Assembly: GCF_009914755.1 (NCBI RefSeq)
Contig: NC_060926.1
DNA: 64,000 nucleotides
Origin: the human T2T-CHM13v2.0 reference genome, Homo sapiens
Strand: one strand, 5' to 3'
Position 1 is the stretch's first letter. Every line of letters starts with the position of its first letter. This document shows, one piece after another, positions 1 to 24,350 of the stretch. The notes under the pieces were generated by a model that searched no databases, was not told the origin of the DNA, and saw only the letters and a list, made by a program, of their open reading frames with translations. Position numbers and translations under genes: made by a program.

Positions 1-3205
<3,205 letters not shown>

Positions 3206-3518
3206 AAGTATGAGGGACATATACAGTATGAAGCACTTTACAGTGAATTCCAGTATTTATCGTTAAGTGAAGAAAGCAAGTTGGAGAAAAATGTAGTATA
3301 GTATGTCACCATTCATCTAAATATTTACCTATTTTTTAACTGAAAGGATAAATTAAAACCTTTAAAAAAACATGGTTACCTAAAAGGAGGAAGGGAGCAG
3401 AGTAGTAAAAATAGGAACAGTACAGTATGTGGGTATCTCATAAAACCTGTATTGTAGATGTGAATTTGGAACCATATAAAGTCATTTACATTATTATAAT
3501 AAAAGAGAAACAAAGTTA

Positions 3519-4183
<665 letters not shown>

Positions 4184-4261
4184 AGACTAACCGTATTCTT
4201 ATGCTATTATTGGTGGTGTTATTGTAACACTGTTGCAAGCACAGTCTGAGAAAAAGCAAAT

Positions 4262-4579
4262 GGCCAGGCCCAGTGGCTCACGTGTGTAGTCCCAACATTT
4301 TGAGAGGCCCAAGTAGGAGGATTGCTTGAGCTCAGGAGTTAGAGACCAGCCTCGGCAACGTGGTGAAACCCCAACTTTACAAAAAAATTTTAAAATTTAC
4401 CCGGGCATGGTGGTACACACCTGTAGTCCCAGGTACTCAGGAAGTTGAGGTGGGAGGACTGCTTGAGCCCAGGAGGGCAAAGCTACAGTGAGCCATGATT
4501 GTGCCACTGCATTCCAGCCTGGGCAACAAAGCAAGACCCTGTCAAAAAATAAATGAATAAATAAATAAAAAGAAAAAAA
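4262..4579 (+). mobile_element. AluJ
   Basis: Dimeric Alu with J-type ggaggattgcttgagc motifs and A-tail. Confidence 0.9.
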
Positions 4580-5665
4580 TGAATATGTTGGTGTTTTTGG
4601 GAAATTAATTTTTGAATTGCATAAAAACTCTGTGATACTGAATTTAAAATGTATGTATTAGAATGAACTCATTTTATATTTTATACTTAAAAATACATCT
4701 TACTTGCATACTGTAAATACCTAGAAACAGGGACCAGTGTATAGCAACCAGCACATACCCACAGTATACAGATTATGGTCTCTATACACCATCTACCCCT
4801 AAAAAATTCCATGAAGCAATGGCTGACTCCATATTTGGGTCAAGAAATATTCAAAAATGAGCTTAGAATACCCTGTCACACCAGTAAGCATGGAAATTAT
4901 GAAAGATTATTGGTGTCATGTCAAAAGGACTTGGTAGCCAATTTGAAGGGTCCAATATAAGGTGGCTCCCATTGGCCAAAGATGAAACAATTTGAATGTT
5001 AACAATAACTGCAATGGATAGAAACATAACAAATGTGTATTTTAATAAATGAGTTCATAATTATACTAAAAAAACCTTTTTGTTCACCTTTGAATGATGC
5101 TAGGGAACCAACTCATTTTGAAAACTGGTAAATAAAGGTAACAAATCAAGAATTTACTCAACATTTCCTTTCAAATGTTGGTAAGAAACCAAATTTCAAA
5201 TGGTACATGCAAATATATGTGTCCAATACATGTATGTGTATATATATATATGTACATCTATATATCACAAGATTTCAACATAGATTTCATTTTTAAAAAG
5301 AAGAAATTTAAAGATCTCATTGTCCTTTAACAGTTATAGGTAAGCTGCAGACAATTTACCTGTGAGTTTCAATGCAGACAAAATGAAGAGGGAATATAAT
5401 TACCATTCTCCTTATCTGGTAAGTCAGAAATTTAGCAATTCATTAAGACAAAATTAACAAAATATTGGAGTAATAGAGAAAGTTTTTGAAGTAATTTTAC
5501 ATCAGGTACATAGAGATCATTTGTATGATCTTTCCCATGACAATCCTGTATGAAATCCAAGGGCATAATAACAAATAGAATAAATTGATTGAGTTAACTA
5601 ACAGACTGCTGTTCACCCAAGCCAGTCACACAAAGCTGTGTAGGTTATGCACAGCACTACAGGGG

Positions 5666-6576
5666 CATCAATGTGCTGGGCCTGATTCTGCCCAGCTTAT
5701 AAAAGTCAAATGCTAAATTCTCAGGAATTTTGCAAGCTGGTTATTAAATAGTCATTACCAAAAAATAAATATCTTCAAACATAAAATAAATTTAAATTTA
5801 TTTATTAAAAACAAGTCCTTAAAACTCATCACATCTTACTCTACTATTATGTATGCACTTGAGGTTATTTATCTCTATTGTACTATGGCAAAGAAACACC
5901 TATGTAGTGGTGTGCTACTGTGCATCTCGTCCCAACTCTGTGATAAGTGATGTCATGTTGGAAGCCTGAAATCAGCCATGGTGGGAATGTTTACGCCTCA
6001 TATATAACTTAATGTGGGCTATAATTTAATGTGGTGCTGATAAACTTAAGAGACAGAAAAAATTTACATAGTGCAAATTAAAGTGATACACTGTAAATAT
6101 CACAAGAAATGAGGAAATAATCTTCCAATATTTCAAAACTATTAAAAATCTAGCAAGAAGTTGTTCACATCACTGATGAAAAAGTAAAGTTCCAACATAT
6201 ACTTTTGTTGTTTTATGTTCCTCTTACTCGTTTAAACAAAAATATCAATAAACATGCATGTCAGAATTGCATTTGCTCAACAATTGCAACCATAGATTGG
6301 CTACCAGTAAGACTACAGACACAAGGGTTGGGTAAAAATCAACTAGGGCATTCTGTGAGAATCAACTGGCTATATGAATTTTACAAGACAGTACTGCATA
6401 TTTTATTATTATTTGTGAATTGTATGATACTGCTGTTACATCAATAGAATTTATAAACTTAGGTATGTACTTATAAGCATACATTTTTATTCCCAGAAAG
6501 TCTTTTTTTTTTTTTTTAGACAAGGTCTCACTCTCCCAGAAAGTCTATTTTTAAAAGAGTTACCAGCACACCTCTG
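5666..6576 (+). mobile_element. MER63-family hAT-Blackjack DNA transposon
   Basis: Degenerate TIRs (tgtgctgg ... ccagcacacctctg) and internal caggaattttgcaagctggtt and gaaatcagccatggtggga matching the recalled MER63 consensus. Confidence 0.75.
6491..6546 (-). mobile_element. Ultra-truncated Alu 3' end with poly(A) and TSD
   Basis: tcccagaaagtct + T-run + agacaaggtctcactc + tcccagaaagtct. Confidence 0.8.
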
Positions 6577-7088
6577 TTGAGGCGGAGCAAAACTGCTAGC
6601 CCTTGAAGAATGCACAGTCCAACTGAGAGGCATTCACACCCCAAAGTATCTGATACAATGTGATAACTACTCTAATATAAATATTCAAAATAAAATGATT
6701 ACACAATTTACTTAGTAAGGAATGACTACTTTTTCTGGGTAGAGACAGGCGAAGGAGAATACATATCCTCAGTGTGTTAAAGAGGCCACCTGACAGTGAT
6801 TAAACCATGTTTGCATCATAGGTTGTCCTCACATATTATCTTCAGCATTAAAATTCATAATAGTTTAGCCCTGAAGGACAGTTTCAAGCTATTCATGGTA
6901 CTACCACATGCCATTTGGGAAAGCTCCCTGAAATCACTAAAATGGTCTTTTTTAGGGTCATGGGGAAATGTTTTTATCTCATATCTGATTTTAAAAATTC
7001 ATGACTACCTTCTCTCTTGATAGCCAGTATGTTTCAGGTTGGAAACCAGAGTTTTTATATTCACTGCCCATTTATTTTCACTTTATTC

Positions 7089-7388
7089 TTTTTTTTTTTT
7101 TTTTTTTAAGATAGAGTCTCACTCCGTCACCCAGGCTGGAGTGCAGTGGCACGATCTCGGCTCACTGCAACTCTGCTTCCCAGGTTCAAGCAATTCTCAT
7201 GCCTCAGCCTCCCAAGTAGCTGGAATTACCAGAACGTACCACCACATCCAGCTGATTTTTGTATATTTAGTAGAGATGAGGTTTTGGCATGTTGGCCAGG
7301 CTGGTCTTGAACTCCTGACCTCAGGTGATCTACCCACCTCGGGCTCCCAAAGTGCTGGGATTACAGGTGTGAGCCACCGTGCCCAGCC
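7089..7388 (-). mobile_element. AluS
   Basis: Full dimer; flanking tattttcact(t/g)tattc TSD. Confidence 0.92.
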
Positions 7389-9209
7389 ATATTTTCACTG
7401 TATTCTAAAAAATATATACACAAGGACCAAAATTCAATAATGAGTACAATTTTCACTACTGCCTTTAATAAGACAATCAAGATCAGAGTTCACATTTATA
7501 GACAATTATGTTCTAGGAATAGCACAGTGTGAGAATATTCTAGTGCAATTTCTTTAACGTAATGGTGATCTTTCTTGTTCTATAGCTGCTGCTCTGTTAA
7601 TACTGATCTCAACACATCATTTTTAGAAAACTTTTTTGACTCACAAAATAATCACAAGCCAATTTTTAAAAATCTCATCCCCTTTTTGCAAGGATTTTCA
7701 ATATGAAAGGAACAAGCTGTCAAGCACTTCCCCCCTTACATGAACCGCATGTAGATCAAAGATTTGCTCATACCCTTGCCATAGAAAATCTGCATCCAAC
7801 TGTAATGGTAATTATCCATTAGCATGCACATGTTAGAATAATTGTGCTTTCATATTATACATTGTTGATATTATACTGTCCAAAAGTATCATGTGTATAA
7901 AGAATTTTGACGAGTTGATTTTTGCCTTCACTATAGACAAAATATTATTTCGCTGCTGGTTTAATGAATTTAGCAACTGTGTGGTTTTATGTCTGATTTT
8001 ACTCTGAGGAGTGCAATACTGAATGATAACTTCCTTAGCTTTAGTTTCTTCTCCACCTTTGAAGACAAAAATACTAAAAAGCATTATTTTCTGCTTATTC
8101 TGGAAAGCGTTTACTGTTTTACCAGTAATGTTTACTGAAAATGTCACTGAGTTTTGTTTAAAAGATAGTCAATGACTTTAAAACACCCCTAGCCTGAATG
8201 ACTTAAAATTACTTTTTAAAACTTCTCTCTTTTTCCCTCCATATATTTAATGAAGAGACAATCCAAAGAGAGGCGAATTATCTTTGGAGAAACAAAACAA
8301 GTGGCAGAAGTCACATGGCTACAAGGTGCTACAAACAGGATTTTTTCAAATAGCAAAGAAAAATGGCCATACCATGAGAAATTTAGTATGGCTAAAGTCT
8401 AGGAATAGAAAGAAGACATGTCAGCTGGAATTTTGTGGCAACTTTAATGTGCAGCTTTGGGTGGAGGAATGGGATTCAGCTGTTTGAGATTTTCTGGGAG
8501 GTTTGCCCTATCTACTCAGGAAAGGGAACATACCTTGTTCTCACTGAGAGATAATCCTTGGAATTTAGATCATTCCCTCAATTCAGGAGTCCTGAAGCTT
8601 CTGCTTCTGCCAAGAAATCAGTGTTAATTCTTCACTTTTCAGCTTTTAGTCATCTCTTCTCAGCAGCTGTTGCTACTTTTACAGAGTAAGAGAAAGAAAA
8701 ATGTAAAAAAAAAATAAAAATAAAAAAATAACAAAACCCAAAACAAAAACTCCATAAATCGATTCCTCTACTATTTCAGGTAAATTAATGATGAGTCTCA
8801 AGATCACAGCTTTTTCGGAGCACATGTGGTCCTGGGCGCCACACTATGCTTTAGGAAATTTTCTATTTCTTTCCTTGGCTATCATCTTTTGAAATGTATG
8901 ATGAAATTCTATCCTGTTTGTTATTTCTGGTTGCTGCTGGTGAATAATTTGTTTCTTTTTTTTTTTTCTTGTCTGGTTCTGCTACTCTTCCCTTCCTCTT
9001 TTTAACATTGTTATAGTGCATATTTTTAGGTATCATAGGAGGACATTTCTGTAGCTTCTTTCTACCAGCTTTAAACAGGAGTCTTTTTTCCTAATTGAAA
9101 ACATGCTTAATTGAAACCATGCAAATATCTAAAGCATTGTTTAGATAATAATGGTCCATAATGGCAAAGCTGATAATCAAGAGGTATCTTACTCTTTAGA
9201 ACAAAAAGT

Positions 9210-9430
9210 CCCTGGGCAACATAGGGAGACCCTGTCTCTATAAAAAATTAAGAAAATAGCCAGGTGTGGTAGCACATGCCTGCAGTCTCAGATACTAGGG
9301 AGGCTGAAGTGGGAGGATTGCTTAAGCCTGGGAGGTCAAGGCAGCAGTGAACCATGTTCATGCCACTGCACTCCAGCATAGGTGACAGAACAAGACTCCA
9401 TCTCAAACAAAACAAAACAAATAGAAAAAA
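9210..9430 (+). mobile_element. 5'-truncated AluJ
   Basis: End of left arm, right arm and (caaaa)n tail. Confidence 0.85.
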
Positions 9431-9444
9431 CATAACATGGATAA

Positions 9445-14481
<5,037 letters not shown>

Positions 14482-14486
14482 ATTTA

Positions 14487-15146
14487 TAGCCACACTGTCT
14501 TCCACAATGGTTGAACTAATTTACACTCCCATTAACAGTGTAAAAGCATTCCTTTTTCTCCACAACCTCACCAGCATCTGTTATTTTTTGACTTTTTAAT
14601 AATAGCCAGTCTGACTGGTGTTAGTATCTCATTGCGGTTTTGAGTTGCATTTGTCTAATTATCTGTGATGTTAAGCTTTTTTCCACATGATTGTTGGGCC
14701 ACATGTATGTCTTCTTTTGAAAAGTGTTTGTTCATGTCCTTTGCCCGCTTTTTAGTGGGTTTTCTTTTCTTGTAAATTTGTTTAATTTCCTTATAGACGC
14801 TGCATATTAGACCTTGTCAGATGCATAGTTGGCAAAAATGTTCTCTCATTCTGTAGGCAGTCTGTTTACTCTGTTGATAGTTGCTTTTGCTATGCAGAAG
14901 CTCTTCAGTTTAATTAAATGCCATTTGTCAATTTTTGCTTTTGTTGCAATTGCTTTTGGAGTCCGGTCATGAAATCTTAGCCTGTGCCTATCTCCTGAAT
15001 AGTATTGCCTAGGTTGTTTTCCAGGGTTTTTAGTTTTGGGTTTTACATTTAATTCTTTAATCCATCTTGAGTTGATTTTTGTATATGGTGTAAGGAGGGG
15101 GTCCAGTTTCAATCTTCTGCATAATGGCTAGCCAGTTATCCCAACA
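14487..15146 (-). mobile_element. L1PA (older, about PA8-13) ORF2 C-terminal fragment lacking 3'UTR and tail
   Basis: ORF 14846-15112 reads [19 protein letters not shown]...[14 protein letters not shown], which is L1 ORF2p. Confidence 0.9.
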
Positions 15147-15480
15147 TTGTTCTTATTTTGAAATTATAAACATACCTTAGTTATCTCTCAAATATAATAT
15201 TATTTTCATATTTTTCCTTTTTTCTCCTCTGCTCACAAGGTAAACTCAGTATCACAATGTTTGCACATTTAGGTACATATTCCCTCTAATATAGACATAA
15301 ATAATTCTACCAGTGAAGCATTAATCTACTTAGAATCTTTCCTTGTATCATTCAACTCCCTTTTATCTAATTCTGAAATTTTTCTATTTTAGTTTGCATT
15401 TTCTGCTCAAGTTCTATTAAGATCAAGCTTACTCTTTAACTATAGCAGAAATTGAAAATGTGGATTTTTCTTCTACTTAA

Positions 15481-15888
<408 letters not shown>

Positions 15889-16509
15889 AAAACATTCTTA
15901 ATAACTAATGGGGGAAATTATAATTGTCCTGTGACTTTTACTAATTTTTGGCAAAACATGGAAAACTTTCCTAATGTAGGAATAAATTATAGAAAAATGA
16001 AAAAAGATTACAACTAATATTTATTTTGTATGAAATAATTTAAAACATTAAAAAAGAGAATTAAAATGTTTTATCTTTGTTAAAAATCCTATCAAGAGTA
16101 GGATGAACAGTGCTTCCCTTCTTCTCCTATAAATTAAAGTAGGGAATGTTCACCTTTTCTAAGCCTCGGTGAATTTCATACTCCTTTCTAAGTATGGATC
16201 ACGTTCCATCATTTTATCCTTTGTGTTTTCAATATTATCGAGTATCTCATGAGTTATCTTGAAACTTTTTTGCTGTATCACTTTCCTTGGGACATCTTAA
16301 TACTTCTCCTCACAATCACTTTCTTCATTTATGTTGATAACTTCACCAATACTAAGTTCCTGACTTAATATCTAGAATCTTTTGAATGACAGCAATGTCA
16401 ACATTTTCATAATCAGCCATTTTTTCTATAACTCCATTTATGATAGACTTGAATATCACTAATGGCATTATCACATTTTACTTGTTTGCTTCACTTTCAT
16501 CTTTGTGAG

Positions 16510-16873
16510 TGTATTTGTCTGCTTGGGTTGCCACAACAAAATACAATACACTGGTGGTTTAACCCACAAAATTTTTTTCTTATAGTTCTAAAAGCTGGTT
16601 AAGTCCAAGATCAAGGTCATGGTAAGATTGGTTTCATTCTGAAGCCTCTTCTCTTGGCTTATACGCAGCCACCATCTTGCTCCTTCCTAACATGGCATAG
16701 GGGGAAAGTGAACTCTCTATCATCTCTCCTTATAAAAACACTAATCCTATCAGATCAAGCCTCATTCTTACAATCTCACTTACCCTTACAGGCCCCATTT
16801 CCAAAAACAGCCACATTGAAGTTTAGGGCTTCAACATATGAACTTTCAGAGGATCTAAATATTCAGCCCAACA
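16510..16873 (-). mobile_element. MLT1A-like MaLR LTR
   Basis: tgtatt...aca ends; aagtccaagatcaagg and ggcttcaacatatgaa motifs typical of MLT1A. Confidence 0.75.
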
Positions 16874-16943
16874 TTCCATCCTTGGTCCCCCGTAATTCAT
16901 ACCCTTCTCAAATGCAAAATACATGCCTTAAAAGTCTTAACTT

Positions 16944-17266
<323 letters not shown>

Positions 17267-17311
17267 TCAACTCAAACATCTAAAGCCCAAGTCTCATTTA
17301 AATATTATCTA

Positions 17312-17452
17312 ACCTGGGTAAAGTGGCTGTCACATGTATTACTAGCTACATGGAGGATGAGATGGGAGGATCTCTTGACCCCAGGAGGTAGACACTGCAG
17401 TTAGCTATGATTATGCCACCGCACTACAGAGCAAGACCCCATCTCTAATAAA
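17312..17452 (+). mobile_element. Alu right monomer (FRAM-like)
   Basis: Degenerate right arm. Confidence 0.7.
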
Positions 17453-18341
17453 GGATTAAATAAGTATCATCTAAATCAGATATGGGTGAGACTCAAGGTA
17501 CTATTCATCTTGAGGAAAAATTCTTCTTCAGCTATGAACTTGTGAAACCAGACAAGCTATATGCTTCAAAAATACAATGGTGGGCTATGCATAGGATAGA
17601 CATTCCCATTCCAAAAGGGGGAAGTAGGGAAGAAGAATATGATGGCAGGTCCCTAGCAACTCTAAAACCTAGTAAGAAAAACTTCACTAGATCTTAAGGC
17701 TGGAGATAAGTGTGTTTGGCTTGATATCCCACCTTCCAGGCCTACTGGGATGGCAATATCATGCCAACAGCTGTTTGGTCTGATCCTGCATGCACCTGTG
17801 GCTCTCTGTGAGGGCATTACCCTCTGAAACCAACTAAGAAGCTGTCTTGCCCCTTAGGCTAGTGCTGGTAGTAGCAGCACTCATGATTTCTGAATCACCT
17901 TTGGTGTTATTCTTCCCTTTCCTTGAGAATAGTGCACATTTGCAGCTGAACAGCTCTACGTTCCTGCCCAGTAGAATTCAAGAAGTCTGAAAGCCTTCCT
18001 TCATTCTGTCTTGTCTTTCTCTGTCCTCAGTTCAAACTGGCAGTGTCTTTGTTGTTATAATTGCATTTCTATTCCTAGCTTCTGCTGAGATTGACGAATA
18101 CACCCAGGAGGCGCACCCACTATTTCTTTATCAAGTGGTTCTTCAGCCATACCACCCTTCGTGTTCTCTTCAGAACAAGTTTTGTGCAGTATGGACAGGC
18201 TAAGAATTTTCCCAATCTCCATCTTCTGAAAACTTTTTCCTTAATAATTCCTTTTTCATTTCTTGCCTCTCATATTTTACTATAAGTAGTAAGGAGGACC
18301 TATGCTATATTTTCAATACTTGGCTTTAAAAATCACCTCTG

Positions 18342-18627
18342 GGCCAGGCACAGTGGCTCACACGTGTAATCCCAGCATTTTGAGAGCCTGAGGCAGGTGG
18401 ATTGCTTGAGCCCAGGAGTTCGAGACCAGCCTGGGCAACATGGTGAAAACTTGTCTCTACAAACAATAAAATTAGCCAGGCATGGTGGCATGCACCTATA
18501 GTCTCAGCTACTCGGGAGGCTGAGGTGTGAGGATCACTTGGGCCTGGGAGGTAAAGGTTGCAGTGAGCTATGATGGTGCCATTGTACTCCAGGCTGGGTG
18601 ACAGAAAGAGCCCTGTCTCTAAAAAAA
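18342..18627 (+). mobile_element. AluJ
   Basis: Full dimer; TSD aaatcacctctg. Confidence 0.9.
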
Positions 18628-18679
18628 TTTTTTTTTTTTTAAATCACCTCTGCTAAATACCCAATTTCATTGCTTAAAA

Positions 18680-20115
18680 TAGTGGTCCCTAACCTTTTCG
18701 GCACCAGGGACCAGTTTCGTGGAAGACAATTTTCCCACAGATGGAGCAAGGTGGGAGGGTGCCATGGTTTCAGAATGAAACTGTTCCACCTCAGATCATC
18801 AGGCATTAGTTAGATTCTCATAAGGAGTGTGCAACCTAGATCCCTCCCATGCACTGCTCACAATAGGGTTCACATTCCTCTGAGAATCTAATGTCACTGC
18901 TGATCTGACAGGAGGTGGAGATCAGGTGGTAATGCTCACTCAACTGCTGCTTACCTCCTGCTTGTGTGGCCCAGTTCCTAATTATCGGGAAATCTGCCCC
19001 CGATAGTCACGTAGGTTCTTTTCTATTTTCTCTAAGCATCGGCCAGGTTGAAAAATAAAGGGACAGAGTACAAAAGAGAGAAATTTTAAAGCTGGTTGTC
19101 CGGGGGAGACATCACATGTCGGTAGGTTCCATGATGCCCCCTGAGCTGTAAAACCAGCAAGTTTTTATTAGGGATTTGCAAAAGGGGAGGGAGTGTACGA
19201 ATAGGGTGTGGGTCACAGAGATCATGTACTTCACAAGGTAATAGAATATCACAAGGCAAATGGAGGCAGGGCAAGATCACAGGACCACAGGACCAGGGTG
19301 AATTTAAAATTGCTAATGAAGTTTCGGGCACCATTGTCATTGATAACATCTTACCAGGAGACAAGGTTTGAGAGCAACCAACGGGTCTGACCAAAATTTA
19401 TTAGGTGGGAATTTCCTCATCCTAATAAGCCTGAGAGCACTATGGGAGACTGGGGCTTATTTCATCCCTACAGTTTTGACCATAGAAGACGGCCACACCC
19501 AAGGGGGCCATTTTAGAGGCCCACCCTCAGGGGCGCATTCTCTTTCTCAGGGATGTTCCTTGCTGAGAAAAAGAATTCTGTGATATTTCTCCCATTTGCT
19601 TTTGAAAGAAGAGAAATATGGCTCTGTTCCGCCTGGCTCACCGGCAGTCAGAGTTTAAGGTTATCTCTCTTGTTCCCTGAACATTGCTGTTATCCTGTTC
19701 TTTTTTCAGGGTGCCCAGATTTCATATTGTTCAAACACACATGCTCTACAATTTGTGCAGTTAATGCAATCATCACAGGGTCCTGAGGCAATATACATCC
19801 TTCTCAGCTTACGAGATGACAGGATTAAGAGATTAAAATAAAGACAGGCATAAGAAATCACAAGGGTATTAATTGGGGAAGTGATAAGTATCCATGAAAT
19901 CTTCACAATTTATGTTCAGAGATTGCAGTAAAGACAGGTGTAAGAAATTATAAAAGTATTAATTTGGGGATCTAATAAATGTCCATGAAATCTTCACAAT
20001 TTATGTTCTTCTGCCATGGCTTCAGCTGGTTCCTCTGTTTGGGGTCCCTGACTTCCTGCAACACTAATAGGCCATGGGCTCATACCAATCTGCAGCCAGG
20101 GGTTGGGGACCCCTG
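18680..20115 (+). mobile_element. MER1B hAT-Charlie transposon split by MER11
   Basis: Ends tagtggtccctaacc and ggttggggacccctg; perfect 8-bp TSD gcttaaaa at 18672-18679 and 20116-20123. Confidence 0.88.
18983..20063 (-). mobile_element. MER11 solo LTR (HERV-K11/HML-8)
   Basis: Minus strand begins tgttgcaggaagtcagggacccc...gaagccatggcagaagaacataaattgtgaagatttcatgg; TSD ctaat on both sides. Confidence 0.9.
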
Positions 20116-20480
20116 GCTTAAAAATTCTACTTACTGCAAAATACTAGAACATAATTCAAACAAGATTTTTGCCCCTTTATAACAAGGATTGCCACCTGTT
20201 CCTCTTTTACATCTGACAGCTTACCAGAATGGCCTTTAACATACATATTTCTACCATTCTAACATTCTATTCATGATTATTTATGTGTTCTCTTAAAGAT
20301 AGATGCTTTCTCTCCTGCTCTGCTGTTTTCCCTCTGAGCCCTCACCACAATCATTCATTAAACATATATATTTCTAGGATGCATATCAAAACTTCCAGCC
20401 TCTACACTTACCCAGTCCCAAAGTCATTTCCACATTTTAGGTATTTGTACAGGAGAACCCCACACCTTGGATCCAAAATC

Positions 20481-20951
20481 TATATTAGTCAGGATTCTCC
20501 AGAGAAACAAAACCAAAAGGATGTATGTATAAAGATATTTATTATAAGGAATTCACCCATACAATTATGTATTAGTCCCAAGACCTACAGTCAGCAAATT
20601 GGAAACCCAGGAGAGACAATAGTTTAAGTCTGAAAGCTGGCAGACTCAAGACCCAAGAAGAGCCAACGTTTCAGTTCAAGTCTGAAGGCAAGAAAAGTCC
20701 AGTCTCCCAGCTCAATAGTTAGGCAGGAGTCGTTTCCTCTTACTCACAGTAGGATCAACGTTCTTGTTCTATTCAGGACTTCAACTGATTCACATCCACA
20801 TTAGGGAGAACAATCTCCTTTACTCAGTCTACTGATTCAAATGTACATTTCATATAAAAACACTCTCAGAGACACACTCAGAATAGTGACTGACCAAATA
20901 CCTGAGCACCCCATGGCCCAGATTAATTGATACACAAAATTAACCATCACA
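20481..20951 (-). mobile_element. MLT2 (ERVL) LTR
   Basis: Minus strand begins tgtgatggttaattttgtgtatcaa and ends ctctggagaatcctgactaatata. Confidence 0.82.
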
Positions 20952-20959
20952 GTTAGCCA

Positions 20960-21323
20960 ATTCCCTTGATTATTCATTTTGGTAAAATGTCATGTAGATT
21001 TATTACTGAGAGACAAGAAGACAACACAACTACATGCTTTGCTGTCTGTGCATGAACTGAACAACGACCAATAAAATAAAAAAATCATCACCAGATGACT
21101 TTGAAAAAGTAATGTGATGGGTCACTGATCATGCCATGCATCTGTTATTTATAATGATGTGTGGACTGAAGAGCTAGCAGCAAACATTTTACTTTATGCA
21201 ATTATTCATAATAAATATTCTGTGGTAAATTTAAAGGTTTCTAGGGGATGGATGAGATTTAACTGAAGTATGCTGACTGAAATTTTTGCATACTGGAACC
21301 ATGCAAAGTGAGAACTTACTGTA
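20960..21323. mobile_element. Possible Tigger-type fragment
   Basis: Terminal aaccatgcaaagtgagaacttactgta resembles a Tigger TIR plus TA; weak. Confidence 0.3.
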
Positions 21324-22570
<1,247 letters not shown>

Positions 22571-22574
22571 CTAT

Positions 22575-22939
22575 ACAGCTCACCATAATGTAGAATGAGG
22601 GGAGCCCTGAGCTTGTTTTCCTGCAACTAGATGGTCCCATCTGGGGGTGATGGGAGACACTGACAGATCATCAGGCATTAGATTCTCATAAGAAGTGCAC
22701 AACCTAGATCCCTCACATACACAGTTCACAATAGGGTTTGTGTTCCTGTGAGAATCTAATGCTACCACTGATCTGACAGGAGGTGGAGCTCAGGCAGTAG
22801 TATGAGTGTTGGGGAGTGGCTGTAAATACAGATGAAGCTTCTCTTGCCCACCACTCACCTCCTGCTGTGCGGCCCAGTTCCTAACAGGTCACAGACCACA
22901 ACTGGTACCAGTCCATGGCCCAGGGGTTGGGGACCCCTG
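22575..22939 (+). mobile_element. MER1A, 5'-truncated
   Basis: cagatcatcaggcattagattctcataag core and terminal ggggttggggacccctg. Confidence 0.85.
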
Positions 22940-22944
22940 CTGTA

Positions 22945-24350
22945 GGTCATATGTCTTTTTTTTCCTCAAGCTGCTTTCAAGATTTTCTCTTATTACTATT
23001 TGTGAACAATTTGATGGTGACCTACACTGACATAGTTTTCTTCATGTTTCTTGGTTTTTGGTTTGAGTTTCTTCAGTTTCTGGGTTTAAAGCTATCATCA
23101 AATTTGGAAAAACTCAGCTATGATTTTTTTCTGCCTTCCCTTCCTTAAAGGGGTCCCATTACAAATATATTATGCTATATTTATAGTTGAATACAAGTGA
23201 TGCACATCTGTTATTTATGAAGGTGTCCCACAGCTTAGTGCTGTTCTATTCATTTTTTAATAATTAATTCTTCTCTTTATGCCTTCCTTTGAATGTTTTC
23301 TATTGTAATTTCTTCAAATTCACCAATCTTTTTCTTCTACAAGATATGTCCTCTAGTTAATCCCATCTCTTGTGTTTTCCATCTCAGACATTATAGTTAT
23401 CAGCACCAGAAGTTTGTTTTGGATTTCTTCTATATTATTCATTTTTTTACTTAACATGTTTGATCTTTTCTCCAGCTTTATCTTACATACAGAATACACT
23501 TATAAGAAGTTTTGGTATCCTTATCCATCAATTTTACAATTTTAGTCTTTTTTTTTTTTTGCTTGTTTCCATGCCTGCTAGTTTTTTTTACTGGGTGTCA
23601 TATATTGTGAATTTTATCTTGTGAGGTGCTGAACATGTTTGTATTACTATAAAGATTCCTGGGCTTTTTTTCTGGGTTGCAGTTAAATTGGAAACGATTT
23701 AATCCTTTCAGGTCTTGCTTTTAAGATATGTCAGACAGAACCACAGGAGCATTTAAGTTTAGGGCTAAGGATTCCACACTATTGATGCAAGATCTTTTAA
23801 AACATTGTACCCAATGCCCCATAAATAGTGAGGTTTTCTAGTCTGGTAGGTGGCAAAAGGCACTATTCCTATTCCTGTGAGAACTGCGTACAGTCTTCCC
23901 TCTTCTAAACCTTTTCAGTGGTTCTTTTCCTAGCCTTGGGTAGCTCCCTCATATTCATATACTGATTAGTACTCTACTGTAAACATGACAAGGATCTTCT
24001 GCAGATCTCTGGAGTTCTTGTAGTGACTCTCACCACTTCAGTACTGCACCCTGTGATATCTAGTGACCTTGGTCTCTACAGACTATCATCAATGTCTCCT
24101 CAAGTCATGAGTCTTTGAGTGCTTACCTCTGTTCCTCTTTTGTGTGACAGAGCCTGGAAAGTCTCTCACAGCAGTAAGCTGAGACCATAATAGGGCCAAC
24201 CTTGTTTGATTAATGTCTCTCAGCAAACAATGTCCTTTGTTGCCCAATGCCCAATGTCTTAAAAACCACTTGTTTCACATATTCCTATTATTTCAGGCAG
24301 CAGGTTAAATTTTGTCCAGTTACTCCATCTCATCTAGAAATATAAGATCC
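22945..24350 (-). mobile_element. Ancient L1M ORF1/5' region
   Basis: T-rich degenerate L1M ORF1-like sequence. Confidence 0.55.

Noticed and set aside
18621-18640. A7 followed by T13 at an Alu tail, suggesting a second insertion
   Set aside because: Most simply slippage expansion of a T-run next to the TSD.
19880-20010. Direct repeat tccatgaaatcttcacaatttatgttc within the LTR
   Set aside because: As recalled, an intrinsic internal duplication of the MER11 consensus.
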